DNA of 60,494 nucleotides, the filler included, from Sphacelaria rigidula (lineage: Eukaryota): assembly GCA_964200075.2 (NCBI GenBank). It is 10 parts of 10 records of this genome, joined end to end, with 100 filler letters (N's around TTAATTAATTAA, not from the genome) between each part and the next. Parts side by side here need not be neighbours in the genome. Positions count along the whole stretch, not along the records: positions 42,418 to 48,376 come from CAXNAA020023205.1; positions 48,477 to 54,435 come from CAXNAA020023206.1; positions 54,536 to 60,494 come from CAXNAA020023207.1; 7 more parts are not named here. One strand, written 5' to 3'. Each line of letters starts with the position of its first letter. Position 1 is the first letter of the stretch. Under the pieces are notes generated by a model. The model was not told the DNA's origin. It saw nothing but the letters and a program-made list of their open reading frames with translations, and ran no database searches. Positions 46,901 through 59,863 of the stretch are shown here, piece after piece. A program made the position numbers and the translations under genes.

Positions 46901-47352
46901 GCAATCCCGGTGATGCAGGAGACACCAGTTTTGGAGGTCACGAGTTCGAATCCCGACAGATCCTGTTTTTTGTGTTCCGTCTTTGTGTCCCTTTTTGTGC
47001 AGCACCTTCGTCTTTTTGTTCTGCGGCACAGCGTGCATGACCATGTTGGTCTACAGTTCACAGCAATATGCCTCAGTTGGGCCGACTTGGGAAACTAGAG
47101 AAACTGCCGTGTGATGGGCGTTTGTACGTTTCACGGCTGGCCCAGCTCGTTTATTTTCCGAGTAGCAAATGTGCCCTGCTCTTCCGTGGTGTTATCCGTC
47201 CGTCCTTGCAGAGGATGAGAAGTGCAGCGACTTCTACTGCCCCAAGGGTTGGGATTACCTCTACGGTGACATCAAATGCCACGGCAAATGCGACAAGTAC
47301 GACTGCTGCGAGAAAAAGCGCGGCCGTGGAAGGAGCGATGATTACCACTATT
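43901..47352 (+). CDS. Cysteine-rich tandem-module protein, probably extracellular (partial gene)
   Basis: Exons 43901-44001 (LEQGMTAQDDVDLAESVAHRELRHRRRRRRGEK), 44189-44294 (RDKCRHFYCPSDWTPINDYWKKCRGKCDKYECCYK), 44560-44667 (KKKTCKDDYYCPAGYSNVGNKECRGDCDEHECCEK) and 47212-47352 (DEKCSDFYCPKGWDYLYGDIKCHGKCDKYDCCEKKRGRGRSDDYHY). CAG acceptors, GTAAGT donors on the three module exons, compatible phases. Confidence 0.85.
45158..45233 (+). pseudogene. Decayed copy of a Cys-module exon (pseudo-exon)
   Basis: CAG|AGAAGACGAGCGAAGACGACTACTAACTACTGC...GAATACAAATGTTGCAAGATGG|GCGAG resembles exon 44560-44667 but has a stop, a deletion and a GT-to-GC donor change. Confidence 0.6.
45512..46605. mobile_element. 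Non-autonomous DNA element with ~35-bp imperfect TIRs, intronic
   Basis: TGGTTCAGATTAAACGCCCAAAATCCATTCCCCGG / CCGGGGAATAAATTATGGGTATTCAATCTGAACCA. Confidence 0.65.
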
Positions 47353-48476
47353 GTAAGTCCTGCATTTTACTGGCCGTTGTACGTATTATTGTTGTATACT
47401 CGAAGCGCAAGGTACTAGTCAGCTAGAAACGACCACGTAAGCAAGAAAGTAAAGTGATACATCGCTATGGAAATCGAACATGTCGAATAGCTGTCATGCT
47501 CTAAGTGAATCATCGGCAAGGCCACCACGAGGCAGGCGAGCTCAATATAGCGCGGGCAACTATTCTCCGCTCGATTCAGTCATGAGATACCCCTTGCCAC
47601 GACATGCCATGATCACTACGATTAGCTCGGCGCAGTGTCATGACGCATCATGGTGAGGTATGTGAGTTACTTGCGGTGCATTGCCTCCTCCGCTGCGCAT
47701 CCGGGGTTTCTTTCGAATCGACATGCCTTGGTATGCCATGCCTTCCTGGTTGGTATGCTTTTACACGTTGGTTCACTAACCGCATCCGCTCTGCCCCATC
47801 ATTATCCGCCAACAGGATCAAGTAATCATCAAGTGGAGGCCATCATCAGACGAAAATTGTCGCCAAAATTCAAGGGAAAGTGGGGGCGTTCAGGAACGAT
47901 CGCGCCATGCAGGATGAAGGGTGATGGTGACTTTTTCATCCGTCGACTTGCTTGAAGAAGTAAGGGGGCACAGGGTATTACCGGCTGGACATCTTGATCA
48001 TGTACAGGTTGAGAGCAATACAAACACAGTTCTTGAGCGATGAAGCATTGCGAGCGAACTACCCACCTTGACCGCTTAGTAGCACCTGTTTTAAGCAAGG
48101 CTTCCCGTGTGCAGCAGCGTTGACATTGTAAAATAAGCGCTTTGGCTTCTTCAAGTAGCCGGCGTCGAGTGAAGAAGAAGTAGTTGGCTGCGTTATCATG
48201 ACGAGAGTTGACGCGGTGCGGAACTGATGACCCACTCCGCGAGACTGAACCGTAAGGCGTGTCCCAGGGAGGGATGGGTTGATCCCCAGAACCGAGACTT
48301 GTTCCGAAAAGGGGGGAGGGCGCGCGCGCGCGGGACGGGGGGGGGGGGGGTAAAGTGGGTCCGTTTGTGTTCGTATNNNNNNNNNNNNNNNNNNNNNNNN
48401 NNNNNNNNNNNNNNNNNNNNTTAATTAATTAANNNNNNNNNNNNNNNNNNNNNNNNNNNNNNNNNNNNNNNNNNNN

Positions 48477-48660
48477 AGAACGTGAGTAAACAAAGTAGTC
48501 GACTAGGTTTGTGTGACGTGAGTTGACGCGGTGCAGAAATGCTGACTCAATCCGCGAGACCAAAATGAAAGGCGCGTACCGGGGAAAGATGGGTTGATCT
48601 ATTGAGACCACGGACTCATCTCGAGGAAGGGGAGGGATTCAAAGTGTGAGAAAAAATAAA
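48477..48660 (+). mobile_element. tRNA-derived SINE family A, body and tail (another partial copy at 48200-48320)
   Basis: Matches 21560-21740 by eye. Confidence 0.8.
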
Positions 48661-49949
48661 CCATAAAAAATAAAATAATAATATACCGAGGTGTTCACGC
48701 AGCCAACGCGTTCTCCAGATTGCAGCATGGACGCACCCCTCTGCACCACGCTCGCAACGGTTATAGATCACTATCAAAGGTATCTTTTTTCACTCCACAT
48801 GTTAAGAAGGTCTTCACAAGTGTTTGATGTCTCATACACCCCTCCCCCCAACTGGCGTCTCGCACGCTCTTGCCGTTGGGCACCAAGAGGATCACTCACA
48901 TACATGTCGGGTAAAATCAACGATGAATAACACCCCCCAAGTTCGAATTAGAATATCTCTTGCTTTCGCGACAGCACCGCCCTTGCTGGCATGTGTGTGA
49001 TAGAGAACAGTAGTAGCGGTGACGGTAACATTGCCCCATTTTTCAACGATGTGTTTTTCAACGCACAGAGGGTCATGTCCAAAAAGAGAGGCAGAGATAA
49101 ATCGATCTTCGCATTGGTGAGCTCGACAGGGAAGAAGAGACAAAAGCTCTCCGCAGCTCGATGTTCTAGCACATGGAAAATTAGGTACATGCTGGTAACA
49201 TCAAAGCTCCCAGTCTCTCGAGCGATTGGTAATCGCCGAGCGAAGAGACACAAATGACACGGGCGAGGAGCTTCCTCTCTATCGTTGCTTCTCAATCTGG
49301 TGATATCGTCATCGACACGCGAGTACAACGCATTCGTTCGGTGCACCTAGCCACAACTGATTCATTGCTGCAGAGTTCCGGGGGGAAAGATGGTTTCGCT
49401 CTGTGTAACTGTATCGCGTCATCCCTGCAAAAACGATGTGCAACTTGAACCTCATTTTTGATATCGACCCCATTTTTTAGGGTCCGCTGTTATTCATTGT
49501 TGTCGATGGGTGAGTGAGCATCGTGTTTCTTTTGTGGCGAGAAACATGCATTCCCGTTCAGAGGAGAACAGCGATCTGAGTGCGTGTCGCTTCATTGCCG
49601 CTATGTCCGAGAAAAAAGAATGGAATGATCTCATGTCTCGCATAAAAACCGTACATTAGTTTCGTTCAGTCTAGCAAGCAATCCATGCATCAAGTGCCTG
49701 GGTAATATTCATTTTGATGCCAACGGCTCGGGGCGTATTTTACCTCTGGTGTCGTCGGGCCGATGCTCTCACAATTAACCATGCGTGGGAGATTACGAGT
49801 TGCCCTGGATGTGGATCTAGTCGGTCGTTGTGTTTGTTACGATATGTTGTGTGAGCAATGTGGAGGCTCACACTTGTGGCGGGTACTTATCAGTCTATAG
49901 CATAAAAAGAGAAGACATACGGTACATGAAGGATCGGAAAAAAATACGG

Positions 49950-52900
49950 CGTGGATGTTGCTTGTGGGTAAGCAGTGCAAAATACATCGGGGGGGGGGTT
50001 ATGGGTTCCATGAGCAATTTTTCCGGTGGCGACGGCTACGGTCATTTCGCACATTGCATACGAGGTATGTTTTGGCATGTAGGTTAACATGTCATGTTGG
50101 GTACTATTTCACGGGTATTGCTGGTGAATTCGTCAAGTGTGCACCATGTGGAGATCATGCGTAGATTATACATCAGGTCTGTGATAAACCTCGTTTCATG
50201 TGAATGTTGATCGCCGCCGCTACCATCCATCAGGAAAGAACTCTTCCGTTCACGGCGCATTCAACAGGTGTATCCTTTCGTAAAATGAATTCCATCAGCA
50301 CCCGCAAAAACATCGTAATATTGCTAAACTCTGTCTCCTGTTCCAACAACTATGGGACCAGCCAAGAAACAATCAAGACTCTCCGAATACTTTGGTGTTT
50401 TTCTTCCCACACCAAGACAAAAAACGAGGATGCATGAGCTGTGTGTGTACCACACTGAAGCTTCTGATGGCCAATCCAGGCAAAACGCGAGTCAAGTTCT
50501 GCAACTGTACTAGCCCATGTGCATTAAAACAGCGTGGGTGGTTCGTACTTGACTTTCGAGTTACCTGCACTACGCATGCGAGACCAAGCTCCTGGATAAT
50601 ATTTGAACCCACACAGTACCGTAGACAATTTTTTAAACTCGGATCACACGTTCCAAAATTCACTTCACAGTCATCAGTCAGTTGCCTACCGATATGGGGT
50701 CCCTCGGCCTGCAGTACAACAATCAAATTACAAATTTCAAACTCAAAATTCAAATTCAGTAACCCATACTACAGTACCCACGTTAGCAAACCAGGGCAGA
50801 CATTCCCTACATTTATCTACTTGACCCCTATGAGCCGGTCGCCCCGGTGGCTCAGTTGGTAACCTCGAAACCTTCTGGTGGTTGGGTCGTAGGTTCGATT
50901 CTCGGAGCGATCTGGGATTTCTTCTCACACCATGCCCAACAGTGGAGAGCGACTATATCGCGGGTACACAAAATTCGACTCATCGGTCGACGAGGGAAAG
51001 GGGCTGCTGAATCCCTCTCGCGATAAAACATAAAGGCAGGCACTAAAGAAGGAAGGCGGGGTACTAAAAACATTGAAAAATAAAAACTCCTGTGTTGATC
51101 TTCCTGTGTGACCCTGGCTGGTGCGCCCACATATACCGAAAGGTGTAGACCGGCGCCCAGAATAGATGGGACAACAACTCACACACCCCTCATCCCCCCC
51201 CGGCGACCGGCGGAGCAAAGCAGCTCAACGCCTCCAGACAAAACACAAGATCAGCATCAGCCCCCCCCCATTCTTGCTATCAATGTGTCCCCCCCCGCTT
51301 ATAGGCCACGGGGAAGGAGTGCTGCAGTCATCATCATCTTTCTCCCATATCGGGGAGGTTTACAGCGAGGGGGTCGATCTTGATCCTGGTCGGTCACCAT
51401 CCTTCAAAAAGATTCGCGACTTCGTGCATATCTCGGTCGTACAGACAGCACCTGTGTCGGAGAAAATGGTTTTTGGAGGCTCAGCATCTCACACATCGTG
51501 CAGACGCGAGGGGGTTGGGCAGTGGGACAACAGAAAGGAAAAGTATTGATCTCCATGTTACTCGGGCGAGTCAATCACTAATGATGAACATACTTCTGTT
51601 ACCACGTACTGTACTGTGGTATCACATTACAGCACTCACGAGCACGCTCCCGCATACCATACCCAAATCCAGCACAATCGTCATCTCAGCTCGATTTGCA
51701 AATTTTGTACTCGTGCGGAGGTGATTTCACTTCTTGTTCACATATCACACATAGGTGCAACAGCAATTCGCTCGCTAGCATTCTGGGTGCATAAAGCACT
51801 ACACTCTTACTTTTACATGCCTTGCCAACATGTGTACCTTCCAGATGGATTCCGCCTGGCCAGCAATTTAGATCAACGACCAGCTCCACCGTGGGTGATA
51901 CAATAAACTCCTCTTTGAGGATGCTGTGCATATGCATCGCATCTCTCATATAACTTCAGCTCCATCAGCAGTCAATTATGGGTCATTCGCATTTTGCTGG
52001 TCTGTCGCACAGAAATATCACCTGTGCTCACAATTAATCTTCCCAAGTTATCATCGTCAGGCCAAGTCACTAGTATTGCGCTATTCCGTTCTTGCTTCTA
52101 CCATAACAACAAAGTCTCATCAACCAATCCAGTCAGAAAGCGATGCGTCGCGAGTTCTGCACCTCTCGGGATAATAAAGACTTTTTCACTTTAATGCTGA
52201 GATTTCGGAACCCACCTCGAACTGTGGTCTCAACTATCATTCATCCGCATACCCCTCTGTGGACAACGTTTACCGACATCACCCTCTAGTCTAGCCAGGC
52301 CATAGTGCCCCATGCCCGTACTCACCACGGCGATGAACAAGGTTCCACCATCAACCAATTGAGGAAGGATGCGGTGCCCCGCAATCCTGCGCTCATCGGG
52401 GTGGCAACAATGTGATACATAGGCGTTGAGTTTTGGCATCCATGTCAAACATGTTCTCAACACCCTTTACGCACCTTCATTCTGTGCAATCTTACCGACA
52501 CCGTCCCACAGTCAAGTCGCGGTGCCCCGCATTTTCTCACACTTACGAAAACGGCAGATGATCTTCTTGTCATCAATCGATTCAAAGAAAAGCGCAAGTA
52601 AAGTCCGCATTCATTGAGACAGAAAAAAATCGTCAAACATCAAGACTGAGTGTCGGCCTCCATATCAAATTTGTGGTCTCAGCATTGTCCAGAGATGCCC
52701 AGCATCTCGATCCACCTGGGCATCAACCTTTCCTTGGGTACATGAATCATTTTCTGTATGGCCACGAACACTCAAAACAGAACATCAGAAGGGTATTTGA
52801 GTCATGCCTAGGTTTCATGCCGTCATTTTAAGAGGCTTCTCCTTCAGCTACCGGGCATACTGAAGAATCGCTATTACTCGACGACCCTACTGTCATCGCC

Positions 52901-54170
52901 ATATCTTCGTTTTCTCCTGTAGTACAATTCTGATACGAATGTCCCTTTTGTCCGCATCTCATGCAATGTCGTTCGGAATAGTCACGCGCGACGTGTGTTG
53001 TTGCTTCCGGCAAATCCAATACCGCCTCTCCTTCACAGAACCATTCTCATGCTCTTCTGTTTTTGAATCCTCCGTACTCCCCGAGGTCCCTTGTAGTTTC
53101 CTTTTCCGACTTCCTTTGCCACTGTTGCTCTTTCCAACTGACGTCAACGCTTGGTTTTCCTTCCACTTGTTGTCTCATACGATCCCAAACCTAGTCCTCA
53201 ACACCCTCAACAACTCTTTTACGTCCAAGCCTTTCTGCGAGAAGGTGCTGTTTCTGGTAGTCATTATCAGCTGTGAGTCCATCCAGAAAACGCGCGAACA
53301 CTAGTCTCTTTGGTATAGGTTGTTCGAGAGCCGTCTCCAGTGAGACAACAACGTTCTGGTATTCTTGCCAATATTCGCGGGGGTCCTGGCCAGTTTCCTG
53401 TGTCCTATGGAAACATTTCTCAACCAACGAGATCTGTTCGCCACCAGTCAACGGCGCATAACACTCTTCTAGCGCTCGCCACGCCACAGATGATCCCCTA
53501 CTGGAGTAAACGATATGCTTTACATGCTTATCCTTTATCGCGCTTACCAGTCCCGCCCACTAGAGTCGTTACATCTTTATTTCCTTCGGCGCTAATCCCT
53601 GGTCAACCAAATCCTCGTTACTAGCATTGTGAACCTGAATATTCCGCGTATCTCGTAAGGCGCTCATAAAACCTGCGGCACTGACTCGTGTCAGCAAATC
53701 ATCACGAAACAACGGCCAATTTCCCTCTTTACCATCGAATTTATCATCGACACGAAAATAACTCTTCATGCCGAGATGAGGGTATGATGCGTGGGATTCC
53801 TCGTTTATACTTACATGGGCTAATCCGTCGCCCATGGATCCTTGAAGAGGGTCTTATCCAATCCCTTCTCCATGTGGTAACCGGACCATTTCTGTTCCCG
53901 CACCGGCGACGGTGTGCCTGCCGTCGCCTGACTCTCTCTCCTCGTTCGCTGCCGCTGCAGGGCCAGTGGACGATGTCCCGCGCACTAGTTGGGACATCAT
54001 CATCCTCAGCTCCACCAGCTGCTCGGTGCTTCTCGTCACCAATCCTTGCAAGCTCGCGACATTCTCCTTCACCTCCAGCATTTCCGTTGGAGACGACGTG
54101 TCTCCCACGATGACCGAGTGTGTGCCCGCAGTGGTCCAGTCTGTCATCTTCACTTAAGCCACAAAGCTCC
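49950..54170 (-). mobile_element. Ty1/Copia LTR retrotransposon, decayed
   Basis: Gag fragments KFDGKEGNWPLFRDDL (~53700-53750), AWRALEECYAP..ARFLDGL (53191-53487) and zinc knuckle CMRCGQKGHSYQNC (~52925-52965). Downstream pol is heavily degraded, so the lower boundary is approximate. Confidence 0.8.
50832..51220 (+). mobile_element. tRNA-derived SINE family B inserted in the Copia pol
   Basis: A box TGGCTCAGTTGG at about 50848 and B box GGTTCGATTC at about 50892. No complete cloverleaf. Followed by a ~300-bp body. Confidence 0.65.
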
Positions 54171-55287
54171 CAAGTTGCGTAGGGCTCTAGAGTGTTTGTA
54201 GCGCCGTGACCCCCGTGAGAGGATGGAGTGCAGACTCGACTGCGATAGTCGATCAGTGGACATGGCTGACTGCTGATCAGGATGTGGTGAAATGTATATA
54301 AAGCTTTGTTGGATGAAGAGGGAAAAAAGAGGGAGTGAAATCGTAGGGGACTACGATCTGTGACGGTTTAAGAGACAACCAACTAGACTACTGATCAGTC
54401 AACACTGAGTGGTCAGTAGTCTAGTTGGTTGTCTCNNNNNNNNNNNNNNNNNNNNNNNNNNNNNNNNNNNNNNNNNNNNTTAATTAATTAANNNNNNNNN
54501 NNNNNNNNNNNNNNNNNNNNNNNNNNNNNNNNNNNGCTAGCTTGCCAGGGTTTATGGGAGGATGCTGGTAAAGAAGGGAATGATCGAAAGAAGGCTCAAA
54601 TTGAGGATACCGATGTAGCCGAGGAGAGCAAGAGGGAGATGGCAAAACGTGTAACCAGACATGTACCGGTCTGAACATGGCGGAGGTGGCAGGAATCCCT
54701 TACCATTCCCCATGTCTGTTTTTTTACTAACCCCTGCCTCTGACTATACCCCTCCCCGGAGGTGGTATGTTATGTGGTTCGTTTTCTTGTTGTGCCTAGT
54801 ATATTCGTACTTATGGCTCTCCCTCTAGAGGTACAAGGACATAACCATGCGATTCTTATTGCTACGGTGAGTGACCTCTAGCTCCTGAGTTTGGCATCGT
54901 TTCTGTTTGGCCTTGCGTGTTGGGTGGGAACGTTGAGCCCTCCCTCTAGTAGTCTGAATGGTTGTGTGCGGCCTGGAGATAATGATGTCGGCATTTTTTT
55001 TTTTGTTCGCACCGCGTCTGCATGAATTCTCCGGGGTCCTATTCCATTCTAGTTTAATTTCATTACACCTTTTGGGTTGCTAGCCTGTGACCACGTAAGG
55101 CGTCTGCATGACATGCACAGTGCGGAGTACTGCGCAGATTTCGGAACGGTGTTTCGTGTGAGGACAACAACAAGAACTCATCGCACTGCTGTTGGGTTGA
55201 TATCATCGTGCCGATAACGAGATCTTTGGAGTGTGTGATTACCGAGAAAACAGAAGTCCATTGACTGATCGATCGATCGATCGATTA

Positions 55288-55548
55288 ACGGTCAGGACGA
55301 ATCATCCCCGGTTCAAATCACCAAATCCCCGATTTCTCAGGCCTGATTGCTCAACGAAGAGGGAAAAAGTTTAGCGGTGGTCAAAAAGGTTTCCACGCAA
55401 TTTTTGCGCCTTTCCACGTGCCTGGGCTGCGCGTAGAATCTGGGTTGCAACGCTGAAAGCAAAGCCTGAGAGTTGATTCGTACGGTGGGAATCAATCACA
55501 CTGAAATCAAGTACTTTCCAGACGAATCATTAATTCGTCCGACCCGTG
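55288..55548. mobile_element. Probable MITE; one end is shared with 30300-30368
   Basis: ACGGTCAGGACGAAT / ATTCGTCCGACCCGT ends. CAAGTA(A/C)TTTCC(T/A)GACGAATCATTA is shared with 30327-30350. Confidence 0.5.
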
Positions 55549-56343
55549 GATCGATTGATTGATTGTTGATTGGTTGTCGCACATTAAGTCATCCTTCATG
55601 GACCCAGCCATGATCACACGCAAGCTGCTTATCAACAGCATCAGCTGTAACAATATTTCTGTCTAACCTACAGGTATCTCGAAGGATCGACGAACAAGGA
55701 TCATGACTCTCCGCAAGGGGTAGAACATTTCCCAGTCCCCCCACCCTCTCTTTGTCGGCCTAGTACAAATATTGTACACATCGTCGAATACCACCACGAA
55801 AAGCGCTCACTTTGAACGCCTCCGCAGCAGCCGTAGGAATCACCTGCGCCTGTCCTGTAGGGTTATTATTACTATTTTGTTTCCGCACATCAGTCCGATC
55901 TCGCGACCCCGTGGTCACAGACGTAGGCTCGCCTTTCCAATACCGTCCCTGCTTTTCCTTACAAGACATGGTAAGGTTAGGTGATTCCTTTCTTCCCTGC
56001 ATCTTTCCGGCAGTGTGTGGGGTGATATCTAGGGACTCCGAAACTCAAGCCACCTCAGTGGTTTCTATTCACCACATCAGTTCGATTGGTCTGACTCGCG
56101 GTCGGTCAACTCCAATCCATTTGCCAAGAAAACATGTACACTCTCGCTCGGAGTCTCTTGACAACTCTCAAAGCATGGATCCAGCTTAATTCCAGAGCTA
56201 CAACCAAGTCGGATGTCACTATCACTTGGGTTTTATAGAGTCCCCTCCCCCGCCCCGGCAGTTTTGACCTGTTATAAAAAGTTCTGGTGTGTCATCATGG
56301 ACTAACCCTTGCTCTCACCAATATTTTTCTTTCGTTTTCTCAC

Positions 56344-59300
56344 CGAGCCATTATGGTGGCCGTTTTCTTCGGGCGGTCCTTCTCCATCGTCCTCGTTCGG
56401 CGTGGTGTTGCCTGCGTCGGTACCGTTGCTGATGCTGTTGTTGTCCAGGCTCTCGAAGTCGCCTTCCAGCTGGAGATCCACCGCGATCTTCTTGCGCGCG
56501 TTGGAAATCTCGTCTCGAGACAGCTCCCGCCTCGACTGCGTTTTGTGATGCGCACGAGTGCCATGGTCCAGTTGATTGGTTTGATTGGTTTGATTGATTG
56601 ATTTGATTGGTTTGATTGATTGATTGTCGCACTTTAGCTGACCCACCCCCAGGGGTCCGTCCAGCCGTGGTCGCATGATAGACGTACCCAAGAAAAGCAA
56701 AACGGAAACACTCGCTGAAGAAAAGAAGAAACAGAAAGAAAAAAAAAAGTCGAACATAACGACACAGTAGACTAAAATGTAAAAATAATAATAAAGAGAA
56801 GAAGGAGAAGAAGAAGAAAGTCAACACAAGCCCGTACATATGCTATACCTCAATCCGTGAGTCATGATCCAGTACATATAAGGTTATATCCTCAGTGCGT
56901 GTACGTAGCTTTGGTTGCTCCTTGTTTCGTTTTGTGCATGCGCTCGGGTACTCTGCACTTGGAGACATATTGCCTCCAAAACCGTTCCTGTTTTCGACTG
57001 CTTTGTGAACGCGCACGCGCGCGTGTGTGTATGTGTGTGTGTCATAACCCAGCCGGAGCGAGCATCAGTGTGTTTCCACCCTTGAGTGCGAACCATCCAT
57101 TGTACTGTTGGCCAGGTGGATTACCATACAAACCGTGAGGGTGCTTTATTTTTCTCAATTGCGTGACAAAGCGATATCGATTCGAAAGCGGGTGATCCAG
57201 GTTCCCGGTAAAACGCCTTCGAAGACTTCTGCTTTTTTTTTCATGTGTACTTCACGGTGGGCGTACGCTCTTGGCTTGCATGAGGCCGGCGTTTCTCCCC
57301 TGCCGCGGTGATGATTAATTTCCTCTCCTGGCTTTGAGAGTGTTCGGAATGTGCATACACGAATACGTATCGTTGCGATATTGCTTGCTGCCTGGGTCTT
57401 TTCGAAGATCCCTACACACCGGCTGCGTTATTTCCCTGAAACACCACTAGTGTACACTCACCACCACAGCACCTCGGCCCGAGGCTTGATTCTGTTCTCG
57501 CGGAAGATTGGCGAGCTCCACCTGATCATTGAGAGGCCAGAGCAGGCAGGCGCACGAAGAGGAGGGTGGGAGGGTGTGCAAAAGTGCCCTGATTATTATT
57601 CCTGTGTACTGGTGTGTCACCACCTCCACGTGCCGACTGCAAAATTGAAGCGCCAAGAATGGAATCAGTTATTTTTTTACAGAAAAAAGAAGGAAGTCAG
57701 TTTGATTCAATCTTCTACACGTATGCATACCAGCTATTTCTCGTGCAAACTCCACCATAACTCAGCCCCCCCAACCCGCCCCGCTCACACACCGTCTCGA
57801 AGGGGATGCGTGGTCAATGGTCGAACGACTAAGGCAAGCAACAAATGAGTACGCCCCCCTCCCTGGCACACACCACGAGACTGATTTGGATTATGACCCC
57901 GCTTCATCTCACTGCTGCCGTATCTACCACTAATCTTGTCGGGGTGGGGAGGGTAGGAGGGAGGATCATAGTCACCGAGTAATGTGTCGGTAACGTATGA
58001 CAATTGCTTTGCGTGCTGTAGTACAGCAGCAGTAGGTGCTGTTCTTCCTCTAGCATGTACGTATGCTCTGCGATGACAAATAAAAAAAAAACGGGGGGAT
58101 GGACTATTGTACGTTGGTTTCTGAACTCCCAACGTCACAAGCTCTTCATGTAGGTTACACGCGCTGCATCTCACAAGCCACACCGTAACTTCAAAAAGTC
58201 CCTTCTCCGCGAAGGATGATTTTCATTATTCGGGCTCTCTTTGCTCCCCCGATCTCCACACCTGCAGAGTCCACCCGTCGATTGTGGCATACGTGACCTT
58301 GTCCTAACACTGCACGCAGGACAGCAATGAACACGGATACCTTCTGCGAATGTTTCGACACAAACGAGAACAAGAAATTGTACGGTGCATTGAACGATGT
58401 CCAACGCACACCGTGGTGCAACATGTCTACCTCGCCGACCAACTCCGATCTCTGGTAAGAAAAGTTCTCAACTCCCGTTCCGAATGACTGCATAAACGGC
58501 CCACATGATCCGAGTAAGATAATTCCGTTCAAGCACGCACGGGGCAGATCCTCAAACAGCGCATACCACCCCCAGATGATATTCAGGGGTGGGAGAGGGG
58601 TGATATCCAGCGCACCACCCCGTATTATACTTCGTGATACCTACGGTACAATGGAGATTCCATCAGAGTGCTGTTGGAATCGTTTCAAAAAGCTTTCTTC
58701 ACGTACGTACACGCGTAGGTGTTCATGCCGGGTTGAATTTCATCCTCGACTTAGTGGGAAGCTGTCAACCAAATGATCCAATTTCAAAATTGGGAGTAGG
58801 AGCGCTTCGAACAGGAAGTGTTACCGCCCACGCCGACTCTCAAACCACAACCAAAGTCTGTCGCATGGAGCAGGGAGCTTCAACACGTGAAGTCCCTCTA
58901 TTGATTTACTTCGTGGGCTGCACGATTTTTACACCATACCCTGGGCAAGAGAATACACAGTCAAAAAGTGTACTGCGTACAGTATCGACTATTGCGCCTA
59001 TTGCAACGGAAAATATATTCCATACTGTACGCTGTATATTTTTTACAATATAATCTATCGTCCAGGGTGCGATGTACATACCTAACGCAAAGAGAGGTAG
59101 CCCAATCATGATTATTTTCAACAAAGCTGCATTAACAACTGTGCTAGTCGCATCACATGTAAGCTCAAGAGATCTCACCAAATTCGATGAACTGAGTCAT
59201 GACTGACAGTCCTCGTAAACGAACCCTGCTGAAACAAAATGGGAATCATAATCCAGACACTTCCCCACACATTCTCCGAAAGTATAAGTTTACTCGAACC

Positions 59301-59863
59301 AAAATCGCCCCCCGCCCCCCACCCCCCCCAAAAGCACACCCGATAATGTATTCGAGATCATTTTCTAGAAAGCAAGTTGACCGATGAGTGAAAAAAACGT
59401 CGAACACAACCCCGACCCCGCCGGCAAACGCAACGTAGTACACCAAAGGTTTTGCAGTCATTCCCCCCCCCCAAAAAAAAACTGTAGCCACCGGTAAGAA
59501 TCCAAGACTATAGACTGTAGGATATCGAGCCCTGCTCCGAACACTCCACATCCTGGATAACGACGATATATGGTCAATAGATGCAACAGGCCTATACGTT
59601 ACCCAGTACACTTCTGGTCTATTGCATGTACAGTATTGACGATGTATTGTCAGTATCCGCCTTTTCTTCACTTATGTGAAAACCCGAATTTCAGCTGGTA
59701 TACCCCCACAGAACCAACCCAACCTTGAATTGTGTCACTCCGGTGGCGAAGACGTGGGGCGTATCACACGTACCTTGGCGGAGAGCTTGCAGTAGGTAGC
59801 TGTACCGTTCTCGGGATCCAGCACGAACAACAGGTGCGGATTGCCGTCGTAGTGCGTTTGCGG
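56344..59863 (-). CDS. Spliced protein-coding gene fragment, probably RNA polymerase II-associated factor 1 (Paf1), C-terminal part
   Basis: Phase-0 exons 59863-59774 (PQTHYDGNPHLLFVLDPENGTATYCKLSAK), 57521-57462 (VELANLPREQNQASGRGAVV) and 56535-56344 (SRRELSRDEISNARKKIAVDLQLEG...acidic tail). Exon structure is clear. The Paf1 identity rests on resemblance to the FF..G..YY.EL..RV.L / V..R.M.E.E motif order. Confidence 0.55.

Noticed and set aside
50832..50920. Possible tRNA genes (also 21361-21440, 19380-19455 and 46900-46960)
   Set aside because: A/B-box-like motifs are present but no convincing cloverleaf. The 21361 and 19380 heads lead into a shared repeat body, consistent with SINE heads.
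54372..54435. Perfect 23-bp-arm hairpin
   Set aside because: It ends exactly at the contig edge, which is typical of fold-back read or assembly artefacts. A real terminal hairpin cannot be distinguished without reads.
5961..54535. Nine regularly spaced TTAATTAATTAA motifs, and any apparent gene neighbourhood (PKA, myosin, dynein)
   Set aside because: These are artificial linkers between length-sorted contigs, so adjacency across them has no biological meaning.
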